DNA from: an uncultured bacterium
GTDB lineage: Bacteria > Hydrothermota > UBA3073 > NMUJ01 > CBEVQO01
Assembly (NCBI GenBank): GCA_965552055.1
Contig: CBEVQO010000001.1
Location: 1-64,000, forward strand
Direction: 5' to 3'
Length of the DNA stretch: 64,000 nucleotides
Part shown: positions 38,506 through 55,328 of the stretch, piece by piece
Layout of the letters: each line of letters opens with the position of its first letter
Numbering within the stretch: the first letter of the stretch is position 1
Translations under genes and position numbers: made by a program
Notes under the pieces: generated by a model
Database searches by the model: none
Seen by the model: only the letters and a program-made list of their open reading frames with translations
Told to the model about the DNA's origin: nothing

Positions 38506-38723
38506 TGTGCCTCGGGATACCTGTTAAAATAGTCGAAATAAAAGGCGATATTGCAATTGTAGAGTCTGAAGGCGTCAGAAGAGAAGCCGTTATTACTTTC
38601 ATTGATAACCCTAAAGTTGGCGATTATGTCATTTTACATGCAGGTTTTGCCATACAGAAAATCGATGAAAAAGAAGCAAAAGAAACATTAAAACTTTTAA
38701 AAGAACTGGAAAAATGGAAGTAA
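38505..38723 (+). CDS. hypC: Hydrogenase maturation chaperone HypC/HupF
   Basis: MCLGIP, GDYVILHAGFAI. Confidence 0.93.
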   Translation: MCLGIPVKIVEIKGDIAIVESEGVRREAVITFIDNPKVGDYVILHAGFAIQKIDEKEAKETLKLLKELEKWK

Positions 38724-40111
38724 AAGTAACCATTGGTCTTGAAATACATGCCCAGCTTCTTACACATTCGAAGCTTTTTTGTTCGTGTCCTGTAACCTAT
38801 GATGCACCGCCCAATACTGCTGTTTGCCCTGTTTGCCTCGGCATGCCCGGCACTTTACCTGTGTTAAACCAGCGTGCAGTTGAATTCGCAGTAAAAGCAG
38901 CACTCGCTTTGAATTGTAAAGTAGAAAAAATATCAATTTTCGCAAGAAAAAATTATTTTTATCCAGACCTACCAAAGGGCTATCAAATAACCCAGTATGA
39001 TAAGCCACTTGCACATTCTGGATACCTTGAAGTAAATGGCAAAAAAATAAGAATAAGGAGATTACATTTAGAAGAAGAATCGGGAAAATTAATTCACACA
39101 GGAAATGAAGTGTTGATTGATTTTAACAGATGTGGAATACCTTTGATTGAAATTGTTACAGAACCCGATATTTCTTCACCCGAAGAAGCTGTTTTATTCA
39201 TGGAAAAGCTTCGTCGTATTTTGCGCTACATAGGGGTATGTGGCGGAGATATGGAAAAAGGACAAATAAGATGCGAACCTAATTTATCTATTGAAGTGAA
39301 CGGTAAAGTATCGCCCCGCAGAGAAATTAAAAACTTAAATTCTTTAAGAGCAGTTGAACGCGCTTTAAAATATGAAATCGAAAACTTAAAAAACGCAATT
39401 TTAAAAGGAATAGAACTTCATCAGGCAACACTTGGCTGGGATGAGAGATTATCGAAAACATTTGAAATGAGAGAAAAAGAAACATCAGCAGATTATAGAT
39501 ATTTCCCGGAACCAGACCTGCCACCACTTGTAATATCAGAGAAATTAATCGAAAAAATAAAAAAAGAAATACCAGAATTACCCGATGTAAGAAAGGAAAG
39601 GATGATTAAAGAATATCAAATAGATGTGAAGACAGCAGAAATACTTGTGGAAGAAAAAGAAATTGCAGATTATTTTGAAGAAACGGCAAAAAATTTTAAA
39701 GATTTCAGAATGTTAAGCAACTTCATTATAACCGAAGTTTTGCGAATCTTAAATGAGAAAAAGATAAAAATATGTGATTTAAAAACAAAACCCTCTGATT
39801 TAGCAAAACTGTTGAAGAATGTAAAAGATGGCAAAATAAATTTGTTATCCGCAAAGAGAATCTTTATGGATATCGAAGAGAAAGGCATAGCTTTAGAAGA
39901 TATTTTGAAAGAGAAAGAAAAAATCACAGATGAAGCAGAAATCGAAAAAATATTAAAAGAAATAATAGAAAACAGTCCAGAGCAGGTTAAAAAATATAAA
40001 TCAGGTAAAAAAGGAGTGATTGGCTATTTTATTGGTGAACTTATGCGAAAAACAAAAGGCAGAGCCGACCCCAAAATCGCAAATAAAATTCTAATAAAAC
40101 TGTTAGAGTAA
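38714..40111 (+). CDS. gatB: Asp/Glu-tRNA amidotransferase subunit B
   Basis: GLEIHAQL, RKNYFYPDLPKGYQITQ, DYRYFPEPDLPP. Confidence 0.96.
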   Translation: MEVKVTIGLEIHAQLLTHSKLFCSCPVTYDAPPNTAVCPVCLGMPGTLPVLNQRAVEFAVKAALALNCKVEKISIFARKNYFYPDLPKGYQITQYDKPLAHSGYLEVNGKKIRIRRLHLEEESGKLIHTGNEVLIDFNRCGIPLIEIVTEPDISSPEEAVLFMEKLRRILRYIGVCGGDMEKGQIRCEPNLSIEVNGKVSPRREIKNLNSLRAVERALKYEIENLKNAILKGIELHQATLGWDERLSKTFEMREKETSADYRYFPEPDLPPLVISEKLIEKIKKEIPELPDVRKERMIKEYQIDVKTAEILVEEKEIADYFEETAKNFKDFRMLSNFIITEVLRILNEKKIKICDLKTKPSDLAKLLKNVKDGKINLLSAKRIFMDIEEKGIALEDILKEKEKITDEAEIEKILKEIIENSPEQVKKYKSGKKGVIGYFIGELMRKTKGRADPKIANKILIKLLE

Positions 40112-40113
40112 AT

Positions 40114-46702
<6,589 letters not shown>

Positions 46703-47108
46703 CTCGCTCAGTTTTACCTATTTCGCCTTCTTCAAAAGAAACTTCAAGAACCTTTGAAAAAACAATTTGCGCTATCCTCATTCCTTTTTCAATTTTAAAT
46801 TTCTCTTTCCCAAAATTAAAAAGGATAACTTTTATTTCTCCCCTGTAATCTGGGTCTATTGTGCCCGGAGAATTCAATAGCCCTATCCCATATTTTGCAG
46901 CAAGACCACTCCTTGGTCGGACTTGTGCTTCAACATCGTTTGGAAGTTCTATCGCAATACCACATGAAACAACTGCATATTCACCTGGATTTAAAATCTT
47001 CTCTTCGACAGAAAAAAGGTCATAGCCGGCGGAATAAGGGGTTGCTCTTACAGGAATTTTTGCATCGGGGCAAAGTTTCTTAATCCGTATTTTTATCATT
47101 CATAATAG

Positions 47109-47180
47109 CGGCCCCAGCGGGAGTCGAACCCGCGCTTTTGGCTTGAAAAGCCAATGTCCTAACCGCTAGACGATGGGGCC
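47109..47180 (-). tRNA. tRNA-Glu(TTC), CCA not encoded
   Basis: GGCCCCA/TGGGGCC acceptor stem, TTGGC-TTTTCAA-GCCAA anticodon arm, GGTTCGACTCC; followed by CTA. Confidence 0.95.
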
Positions 47181-47187
47181 TCCACTT

Positions 47188-47214
47188 ATATTATCCAAAA
47201 TGCCAGTTTGTCAA
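47188..47214 (-). promoter_or_regulatory. Promoter TTGACA-N15-TAATAT (tRNA-Glu)
   Basis: Minus strand TTGACA 47214-47209, TAATAT 47193-47188; tRNA 7 nt later. Confidence 0.75.
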
Positions 47215-47223
47215 GCTCAAATT

Positions 47224-48057
47224 TTATATTTCTATCAGTAACTCTCCACGCCTTTGAGGCTTGCTCGAACGAGTAAATCTTATCTTACCTATCATCTCGA
47301 AGAAAACTTCACTGAATTCCTTCAGGATATCCATCTCCCTTTTTGTCAAATCCATCTTCTTCATAATACAATGAGTTATGAGAGAAGATAGAAACTCCTC
47401 TTTTGTCTGGGTTTTCAATTTTACCGCTACCTTTCTACCGCTTCTTATCGCAGAAATTACCCTATCGTAATCAAATGCATAGTCCCTTTTTACTTTTTCA
47501 CTTTCCTCTTCTGGCTCTTCACCCATAATTTCTGCTCTCGCACGCTCGGTAAGAGAGACCGCAGGAAATGTATGGCTCCTGTTAAAAAACGGGTCATCAA
47601 AAAATGAATCCTTAACCTCTTTTATGAGACCTTCACGCATCAACTTCGCAGAAGGCGAAAAAATCTTACGCATAAGCAAAACATCTGTCTTATTACCATA
47701 AATCATAAAAAGAATGTTATCTGCAGGTACTTCTTCCTCCCATTTAAAAAGCAAAATCAAAATTATTAATTTTTCTACCTCATTTAATCCATATTTTCTA
47801 AAAAATTTCACAATGGGTAACTTTTCGTCATACATCTTTTCCATCTCCCAGAGAATTTTTTTCTGCTCTTCTATCCTTTGTGTCAATACTTCTTTGCTTT
47901 CTTCTTTTCTGTAATCCCTTGCATCGCTCTCCGATATCGTTTCTTCACCCATCATAAAGAGGTCGCCAAAAGGAGATTCTCTCATCAATGCTAACCTTTT
48001 CTCAAAAAGATGTACCAATTCTTCTGCTTCTTTTAAAAAAAATCTCATCTCGTCCAT
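47224..48057 (-). CDS. Hypothetical protein with winged-helix-like segment
   Basis: SD AAGGAGGG before ATG 48057; YGLNEVEKLIILILL...IFSPSAKLMREGLI resembles the N-terminal domain of some AAA ATPases, but no Walker A is present. Confidence 0.6.
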   Translation of the reverse strand: MDEMRFFLKEAEELVHLFEKRLALMRESPFGDLFMMGEETISESDARDYRKEESKEVLTQRIEEQKKILWEMEKMYDEKLPIVKFFRKYGLNEVEKLIILILLFKWEEEVPADNILFMIYGNKTDVLLMRKIFSPSAKLMREGLIKEVKDSFFDDPFFNRSHTFPAVSLTERARAEIMGEEPEEESEKVKRDYAFDYDRVISAIRSGRKVAVKLKTQTKEEFLSSLITHCIMKKMDLTKREMDILKEFSEVFFEMIGKIRFTRSSKPQRRGELLIEI

Positions 48058-48074
48058 TTTACCCTCCTTCAAAT

Positions 48075-48101
48075 ATTATAATCCAAATTTTAAAAAGTCA
48101 A
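48075..48101 (-). promoter_or_regulatory. Promoter TTGACT-N15-TATAAT
   Basis: Minus strand TTGACT 48101-48096, TATAAT 48080-48075. Confidence 0.75.
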
Positions 48102-48118
48102 ATAATTTTATACGATTC

Positions 48119-51100
48119 TTGCTTAATATAATGATGGAAAAAATAATGAATGAAAAGTGTGCAATCATATTAGCTTTTAACGGTTTAAAGAAAGAAAAAG
48201 AATTAATTAAATGGATAAAGGAAATTAAAAAATGCACTTTTTATCCTCATGAAATAATTATTGTGTCAAATAAGGATTTAAAAGAAATTTCAGAGTATGA
48301 TGCAAAGGTGATAGAGGCAAGGCATTCATCTAACATTGCCTATATGTTTAACAAAGCGATACTTCTTACCGATGCCAACTTCATTATTTTCTTTTTCGAT
48401 TTATTTTATCCAACAAAAGGCTGGCTCTCTCCTTTAATAAAATTTCTTCAAAAGGACGATGTTGGTATCGTTTTTCCGAAGATAATTTATAAAAATGGGA
48501 AAATTTACTTCGCTGGTATTGCCTGGACTCCCAAATACACATTAAAATTTTTATATAGAAACATTCTTAAACATTCTCATCCTGCTGTCAATAAGATAAA
48601 AGAATTTCAAATTGTTAGTGAATGCTTCGCTACAAAAAAAGATAAATTTATATTAGCAGGCATGTTCGATGAAAATTTAAAACTTTTTGAGATCGATTTC
48701 TCTTATAAAATAAGGAAAATGGGATTCAAAATTTATCGCATACCACAAAGCACTTTGATATTTAAGGGTAAAAAGAAAGCAGATGAATATAAAGGAGATA
48801 ATGTAGTAGCAATTACAGATATTTGGATTAAAGACATTAAAAAGGACGAGTATACACATTATAAAGAGGATGACTTAATACCTGTCGGTAAAAAATTCAA
48901 AAAGTTCAAAAAAGGAAAGATAGCGATTTTCATTAAAAATTATTTCAAAATAGGGAAATATAAATTTTATTTCAACACTTCGAAATTAAAGAAAGAATTG
49001 ATCAAAAATGGTTATGAAGTTCATTTTTATCGCAATAATGTATTGGATAAAGCGAATTGTGAAAGCTTTGTAATTTTGACATCGGATCAGCGTACATCTC
49101 TGACCGATGTTCAAAAATTAATCAAATACTTAAAAAAAGACGAAGTCGCATGTGTATTCGGAATAGATTATTCACCTATAAGTCCTTTTTCGTGCTTTTT
49201 CGGTATAAAAACATACTTATATCATCAATTTAAAAATTATTATGGAGAATTAGAAATAGAATTTGTACCAGAATTAATAAAGCAACTGAAATTTATAGCA
49301 TATAATAATGAACAAAAAATATCTGCAATAAAATTAGAGAGGGAAAGATTACCCTTTAAATTTAAAAATCTTTCTTTCAAAAAAGAAAAGAAACCTCTTG
49401 TTTCGATTATCATACCTGTTTATAACAAATGGGAGTATACTTATTTCTGTCTGCTCGCCCTGAAAGAAAATACAAAGGATGTAAGTTATGAAGTGATTGT
49501 CATTGATGACTGCTCCACTGATTTTACCAAAGAAATGTTATCAAAGATTAAGGGCATAGAAGTAATAAGAAACAGCTCTAATCAGGGCTTTTTAAGAAAT
49601 TGTAATAAAGGGGCAGATGTCGCAAAAGGCAAATATCTTTTATTCTTAAATAACGATACCATACCTTTGAAAAATTGGCTTAAATATTTAATTGAAATAG
49701 CGGAAAAAGACCCTAAGGTAGGCGCTGTGGGAGCCAAATTAATTTTTCCTTCGGGAGCATTACAGGAAGCCGGTGGAATTGTATGGAATCATCCTGTTCA
49801 CTTTGGATGGAATTATGGAAAAGGACATTCTCCTGATTGGTATGAATTCAATTATGTAAAAGAAGTAGATTATTGCAGTGGAGCATGTTTACTCGTAAGG
49901 AGAGACCTTTTCTTTGCTGTTGGCAAATTCGATGAGCGGTATTCACCCGCATATTGCGAAGATACTGATTTGTGCTTTAAAATAAGAAAAGCGGGTTACA
50001 AAGTTGTTTATCAACCCAAATGTACAATCATACACTTTGAAGGTATATCATCGGGTAGAGACCTTACATCGGGTGTAAAGAAATATCAATTATTAAATCA
50101 ATTCAAATTTCACGAAAAATGGAAAGAAACCCTTGAGAAAGAACATTTTCAACCAGGTGAGCATGTTTTCCTTGCAAGAGATAGGTCTAAATTTAAAAAA
50201 ATATTATTATTTATTGATGCTGCAACCCCAACATGGGACAAAGATGCAGGTTCCCTCTCAACTTTCCAATATTTAAAACTCTTAAAAGAGATGGATTTCA
50301 AAATAATTTTTACAACACCATTTTTACTAAAGGTTGAACCTTACACTTCTTATCTACAATCTATGGGTATTGAAGTCATTTATGGAGCAATAGACTTTGA
50401 AAAATGGCTTTCTTCTTACGGTTCTTATATTCACTATGTATGGATTTCACGCCCCAATACTGCTTTATCTCTCGGTGAACTTATAAAGAAATACACAAAT
50501 GCAAAAATACTTTATTGTATGCATGATCTACATTTCTTAAGAAAAATGAGAGAGTATTCTTTTACTAGAAATTCTAAAGACCTTGAAGAGAGTTATATGT
50601 GGAAAAAAGTAGAAAGTCATGCTTTTAACATTGCGGATATAATATTAACATTTTCCCATAAGGAGAAAGAAATATTAGAAGGAAATCTAAAAGGAAAAAA
50701 AATTTGCGTCATCCCCTTATTTATTTTTGATAAAATACCTGTTAATGAGCCACCTCTCTTTAAAGAGAGAAAAGACATCCTTTACTTAGGTGGCTTTAAA
50801 CATTCACCTAATATTGATGCTGTTGAATGGCTCATTAAAGACATATATCCTTCTTTAAAGAAAAAAACAAAGGCAAAATTATACATTGTGGGAAGTGAAC
50901 CACCCGATGAAATAAAAAAGCAATCTTCACGATGGATTAAAGTAACAGGTTTTGTAGAAGATATTACTCCATTTTTTAATCGTATGCGAATATTTTTATC
51001 ACCCCTTAGATTTGGTGCTGGTTTAAAAGGCAAAATAGTAATGAGCATGGCTCACGGTCTGCCTGTTGTCACAACTCCTATAGGAGCCGAAGGATTCTTA

Positions 51101-51277
51101 TCAGATGAAATAATGATAGTTAGAGAAAATGCAGAAGAGATTATTGATGCGGCCGCAGAAATTTACACAAATGAAAAATTATGGAAAAAAATACAAGAAA
51201 ATGCCCTTGAATATGTAAAAGATAATTTCTCTAAATCCAAAGCACAAGAAATACTAAAAGAAATATGCGAAATATGA
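48119..51277 (+). CDS. Multidomain glycosyltransferase (degenerate GT2 + GT2 + GT4)
   Basis: VSIIIPVYN, LFLNNDT, YCEDTDLC, DKDAGS, PLRFGAGLKGK; exact start uncertain. Confidence 0.88.
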   Translation: MLNIMMEKIMNEKCAIILAFNGLKKEKELIKWIKEIKKCTFYPHEIIIVSNKDLKEISEYDAKVIEARHSSNIAYMFNKAILLTDANFIIFFFDLFYPTKGWLSPLIKFLQKDDVGIVFPKIIYKNGKIYFAGIAWTPKYTLKFLYRNILKHSHPAVNKIKEFQIVSECFATKKDKFILAGMFDENLKLFEIDFSYKIRKMGFKIYRIPQSTLIFKGKKKADEYKGDNVVAITDIWIKDIKKDEYTHYKEDDLIPVGKKFKKFKKGKIAIFIKNYFKIGKYKFYFNTSKLKKELIKNGYEVHFYRNNVLDKANCESFVILTSDQRTSLTDVQKLIKYLKKDEVACVFGIDYSPISPFSCFFGIKTYLYHQFKNYYGELEIEFVPELIKQLKFIAYNNEQKISAIKLERERLPFKFKNLSFKKEKKPLVSIIIPVYNKWEYTYFCLLALKENTKDVSYEVIVIDDCSTDFTKEMLSKIKGIEVIRNSSNQGFLRNCNKGADVAKGKYLLFLNNDTIPLKNWLKYLIEIAEKDPKVGAVGAKLIFPSGALQEAGGIVWNHPVHFGWNYGKGHSPDWYEFNYVKEVDYCSGACLLVRRDLFFAVGKFDERYSPAYCEDTDLCFKIRKAGYKVVYQPKCTIIHFEGISSGRDLTSGVKKYQLLNQFKFHEKWKETLEKEHFQPGEHVFLARDRSKFKKILLFIDAATPTWDKDAGSLSTFQYLKLLKEMDFKIIFTTPFLLKVEPYTSYLQSMGIEVIYGAIDFEKWLSSYGSYIHYVWISRPNTALSLGELIKKYTNAKILYCMHDLHFLRKMREYSFTRNSKDLEESYMWKKVESHAFNIADIILTFSHKEKEILEGNLKGKKICVIPLFIFDKIPVNEPPLFKERKDILYLGGFKHSPNIDAVEWLIKDIYPSLKKKTKAKLYIVGSEPPDEIKKQSSRWIKVTGFVEDITPFFNRMRIFLSPLRFGAGLKGKIVMSMAHGLPVVTTPIGAEGFLSDEIMIVRENAEEIIDAAAEIYTNEKLWKKIQENALEYVKDNFSKSKAQEILKEICEI

Positions 51278-52092
51278 AAAAAGTGATCGAAGAAGAGGTG
51301 TTTCTTCATAGGCTGTTAACAAGTCATATAAGAGTGCTACCGGACTTTATTATCATCGGAGCGCAAAGATGCGGTACAACTTCCCTATACAACTACTTAT
51401 CACAACACCCTTGTGTTGTCCCTGCTTTGGTGAAAGAAGTACATTTTTTTGATATTAACTTTCATAAAGGTATTCATTGGTACAGAAGTCACTTCCCAAC
51501 TTTTTTAGAAAAATATAAACAAAACATCATCACAGGAGAAGCAAGTCCTTATTATATTTTCCACCCACATGCCGCTCGAAGGATTTTTAAAATAATTCCT
51601 CAAGTTAAATTAATAGTATTGTTAAGAAACCCTGTTGACAGGGCTTATTCACATTACCATCACGAAGTAAGAATAGGAGCCGAAACTTTATCCTTCGAAG
51701 AGGCTATAGAAAAAGAAAGCGAAAGATTAAAAGGCGAAATAAAAAAGATGCTTGAAAATGAAAATTACTACAGTTTTAATCACCAGCATTATTCATACCT
51801 GTCTAGGGGGATTTATATAGACCAAATAAAAGTTTGGATGAGTCTTTTCCCTAAAGAACAGATTTTGATAATAAAAAGTGAAGATTTCTATGCAAATCCT
51901 TCTGCAGTCTTTAGACGAGTTCTCGAATTTCTGAATTTACCAATCTGGGAGCCTAAAGAATATAAAAAATTTAATTATGCTAACTACCCAAAAATGAATC
52001 CTGCTACAAGGAAGCGCTTAATCAAATTTTTCGAACCCTATAATCAAAAATTGTATGAATATTTAGGCGTTAATTTTGGCTGGGATAGATGA
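51274..52092 (+). CDS. PAPS-dependent sulfotransferase
   Basis: IIGAQRCGTTSL (5'-PSB), KEVHFF, LRNPVDRAYS (3'-PB). Confidence 0.92.
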   Translation: MKKVIEEEVFLHRLLTSHIRVLPDFIIIGAQRCGTTSLYNYLSQHPCVVPALVKEVHFFDINFHKGIHWYRSHFPTFLEKYKQNIITGEASPYYIFHPHAARRIFKIIPQVKLIVLLRNPVDRAYSHYHHEVRIGAETLSFEEAIEKESERLKGEIKKMLENENYYSFNHQHYSYLSRGIYIDQIKVWMSLFPKEQILIIKSEDFYANPSAVFRRVLEFLNLPIWEPKEYKKFNYANYPKMNPATRKRLIKFFEPYNQKLYEYLGVNFGWDR

Positions 52093-52100
52093 TAGAGCCC

Positions 52101-53336
52101 TCATAGATATCCGAGACCCTTTAATCTTTCAATCACTTCTTCTTCCTTTACTTCAATGTGTTTCCTTTCTAAACCATCATCATACGAATCTATATAACTT
52201 ATTTCTAATGGACGCTCAAATATATCTTCAAGAATCCTGCCATCCATATCCTTCGCGACCGGTAAACCAAGAAGCCAAAGAATAGTTGGAACTATATCAA
52301 CATCTCTTATCTCACCTTTATCACCCGGTTTTATATCGTTGCCATAAGCAATAAATACTCCGCCATCCCTATGTGTACCAGTCAAAAATACTTCAAAATC
52401 TTTCCCCTTTAGTTTTATTTCATCTTCTCGCATGGCTCTTGCACCGTGGTCAGAAACGATAAACAATATGCTTTTATCAGATAAGAAAAACATTAATTCT
52501 CCCAAGAATTTGTCAACATATCTGTAATACCTTTCTATCACATTACCGAAGGATTTTATCCCCTTTTCATTTATTTGTATAGTTTTATATCCTTTGAATT
52601 CTTCAGGAAAAGAAAAAGCCCAAAATCCATGACATACATAATCAATTCCTTTCAAATAAAATAAGCAAACTTCTGGTTTAAATCTTCTGAGTAATTTCCA
52701 AGCCATTCTCCTTATAGTTTCGTCTTCCTTCAAAGGCGTCACCAATCTACGGAAAAATAAATGATTATATATCCATTCTTCGCTCCCGTATTCAAATCTT
52801 TTTTTGTAATCTCTCACTGGTGTAAAATCAGTGAATCTCTTTGCTATCTCTACATCATCAAACTTAGGCAAAAAATAATATAAAAATTTGGGATAACAGA
52901 AATCAATATGCTTTGCAAAATGAAAATCTCCCACTGCAAATCCATTTAATGGCTTCACAGGATATAAAAGCAACCAGCCAAAAACTCCTACACTTTTGCC
53001 TTGCTCTGTTAAAATTTCCCATAATCTTTTCACCTTTACATCCTCACCTGTAAGCAAATTACCTTTTTCATCCACAAAATGATTTATGCCATGTTTATCT
53101 TTAAATTTACCAGTGGCTATTGATGTCCATGCTATTGGAGAAAATGGATCTGTCTTTAGTATACCTCTTGCACTTCTTTCAAAAACTTTTTTAAAATTCG
53201 GCATTAGTCCCTTTTCAATATAATTTGTAAGCAAACGCCAGTCAAGTGCATCTATGCCAAGTAGTACTATCTTCAAATGATCAGACCATTTAACATCCAA
53301 TTTGCTCATCAGAGAATATAAAATCTTATCCATCAC
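52101..53336 (-). CDS. Alkaline phosphatase superfamily (type I phosphodiesterase-like) protein
   Basis: GIDALD, SPIAWTSIATG, VSDHG, DIVPTIL, MDGR, ERLKGLGYL. Confidence 0.88.
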   Translation of the reverse strand: MMDKILYSLMSKLDVKWSDHLKIVLLGIDALDWRLLTNYIEKGLMPNFKKVFERSARGILKTDPFSPIAWTSIATGKFKDKHGINHFVDEKGNLLTGEDVKVKRLWEILTEQGKSVGVFGWLLLYPVKPLNGFAVGDFHFAKHIDFCYPKFLYYFLPKFDDVEIAKRFTDFTPVRDYKKRFEYGSEEWIYNHLFFRRLVTPLKEDETIRRMAWKLLRRFKPEVCLFYLKGIDYVCHGFWAFSFPEEFKGYKTIQINEKGIKSFGNVIERYYRYVDKFLGELMFFLSDKSILFIVSDHGARAMREDEIKLKGKDFEVFLTGTHRDGGVFIAYGNDIKPGDKGEIRDVDIVPTILWLLGLPVAKDMDGRILEDIFERPLEISYIDSYDDGLERKHIEVKEEEVIERLKGLGYL

Positions 53337-53368
53337 TTAATTTTTAACAATTATCGTGTCTTTATGTT

Positions 53369-53683
53369 TTATTTCCTAATATATTTCTTAAACAAATTGA
53401 ACTCTTTTTGTGACTCCTTTTTCTGATTCAATCTTCTTCTTATCAATCCTATGAAAAAGTGGGGAGCTGGTTCATCTTTCTTTAAAAATGATGCTATCCT
53501 GAAATATTCGAGAGCTTTTAAAATTTTGCCCTGTGCCTCTTTTACCAGCCCGAGAGCATAATATCCCCAAAAACTCTTTTTATTTTTGCGTATAAATCGG
53601 CGACAAATTTTTTCCGCTTCTTTCAATTTGCCTTCACAAAGTAATCTTTCTACATCAGAAAAAAATTCCATTCGCAACTGCAT
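53369..53683 (-). CDS. Small TPR protein
   Basis: YYALGLV...GKILKALEYF TPR pattern. Confidence 0.6.
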   Translation of the reverse strand: MQLRMEFFSDVERLLCEGKLKEAEKICRRFIRKNKKSFWGYYALGLVKEAQGKILKALEYFRIASFLKKDEPAPHFFIGLIRRRLNQKKESQKEFNLFKKYIRK

Positions 53684-54296
53684 AAACTTCCTTCTTCAAA
53701 AATTCTTTTACCTCTTCCCATTCAACCTGCTTTATCATCCTGGGCATCGGTTCCTTCTCTGCATCATCAAAATACAAAAGGGATTTCAAAGCAAGTGTTT
53801 CAAAACTTTGATAAGCAGGGAATTTCTTCTTGCCAAGTTGCAAAAGCTCATAAAGGTTTATTTCCTGCAAAATAAAATATAAATCAATAAAATCTTTCTT
53901 TTCACCCCTTCCTATTATTGCACTTATTTTCATCAAACCAATATCTTCAATGCTCGCAATCTTTATCCCGTTAAAATCTACTAAAGGTTTAACTAAATCA
54001 TAGGGATAGTGGAAAAAAGAAATTAAAGTTATTCCCTTGCGTATCTCAAGTGTGCCTTCTTTTTCTGCCAGAATTTTAAAATCCCATAACTTTTTTAATC
54101 TTTTGATAAGTAAAGCTCTATCTTTATTATCGAGTTTTTTGCCTTTTGAAAATAAATCGACATCTACAGAGATTCTGTGATTCAAAAGGATAGATAAACC
54201 TGTGCCACCTGCGAGATAAAAATCTGAAAAAATATTTATTTTTTGCAAATCTTTTAAAATTTTCTTTACCCTCGGTGGTAAAATCTCAAACCCCAT
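53655..54296 (-). CDS. AbiEii/AbiGii-family nucleotidyltransferase (toxin-like)
   Basis: FYLAGGTGL, HRISVDVDLF, MKISAI.GRG.KKDFIDLY. Confidence 0.88.
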   Translation of the reverse strand: MGFEILPPRVKKILKDLQKINIFSDFYLAGGTGLSILLNHRISVDVDLFSKGKKLDNKDRALLIKRLKKLWDFKILAEKEGTLEIRKGITLISFFHYPYDLVKPLVDFNGIKIASIEDIGLMKISAIIGRGEKKDFIDLYFILQEINLYELLQLGKKKFPAYQSFETLALKSLLYFDDAEKEPMPRMIKQVEWEEVKEFLKKEVYAVANGIFF

Positions 54297-54528
54297 TTAA
54301 AATAATTTCCCAGAAATTGTAATCTCTTTTATCAAGGCGCTTTTTACCCTTTATTCTTAAAAACTCTTTAACTTTTTCTTTAGAATAATTTTTAAAAAGC
54401 CATCTTATTTCTTTTACTCCGCCATAGCGTAAAATCCGCTCAATCACAATATCCGAATGCTTATCCAAATCAATGGATTTTATATCAAATTCGGGAAAAA
54501 GATAGGAAAATTGCGATGGTAAATTCAT
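54286..54528 (-). CDS. DUF6922-like small protein, putative antitoxin partner of AbiEii
   Basis: IERILRYG...IRWL...Y...FW pattern; overlaps the AbiEii start. Confidence 0.7.
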   Translation of the reverse strand: MNLPSQFSYLFPEFDIKSIDLDKHSDIVIERILRYGGVKEIRWLFKNYSKEKVKEFLRIKGKKRLDKRDYNFWEIILNGV

Positions 54529-55328
54529 TTCCTGTAAAAGTATCTGCCTTCTTTTTTCACAACATCAAAAAATTTATAACCATCAGGAATATAAATATCA
54601 AAAGTTGTAATTATACCTGCTTCTCTTAATCTTTCCTTTAAAAAATTCAATAATTTCTCAAAATTTTGTGGTTCTTCCCTGAATATCATTTCTCTACAAA
54701 GTATTATGTCGAATACATCATCGGGCAATGATTTTTGTAAAATTATTTTAAAAGGCAAATTCTCAAATCTTATTTTCATTTTCTTTTTGAAATCAACAGA
54801 AAACAATAGCTGGTGTTTTGCAACACGAAAAACCCTTTCATACATTTTTGTATCCATGTTTACCGATTTTTCAATGTTATAAACACCTTTCTTTGCTTCC
54901 TTAATCCAGTAATCACTTGGCTCTACTCCGTAAAATACAACATCCCAATCATGTAAAACCTGCCAGAAATATGCGGACATAAGAAAAATAAAAGAATAAA
55001 ACTCTTCCCCTGTCCTGCAACCCAAAAACAAAATCCTTAAACTTTTATCATCTTCCCTTTTTCTTATTATTTCTGGGATAAATTCTTTCCTTAAAATTTC
55101 AAATGTATCTTCATCTTTAAAAAACTTACTCCTCGTATTGAGAACATCGCACAAATATTGATGGAATAAAATTTTTGAATATGGTTGAAATTTTATGTAA
55201 TAATAAAATTCTTCATCGGTTTTTAATTTTAGTTTTCTTTTCATTTTTTGAATCGCTTCTCTTATCTTACCATCGGGTAATGATTTAAAATCTGTTATTT
55301 TTTTAACTTCAAGAAGAAGTTGCGTCAC
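54525..55328 (-). CDS. CheR-like SAM-dependent methyltransferase
   Basis: GCRTGEEFYS, AKKGVY, FDIILCRE. Confidence 0.75.
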   Translation of the reverse strand: MTQLLLEVKKITDFKSLPDGKIREAIQKMKRKLKLKTDEEFYYYIKFQPYSKILFHQYLCDVLNTRSKFFKDEDTFEILRKEFIPEIIRKREDDKSLRILFLGCRTGEEFYSFIFLMSAYFWQVLHDWDVVFYGVEPSDYWIKEAKKGVYNIEKSVNMDTKMYERVFRVAKHQLLFSVDFKKKMKIRFENLPFKIILQKSLPDDVFDIILCREMIFREEPQNFEKLLNFLKERLREAGIITTFDIYIPDGYKFFDVVKKEGRYFYRK

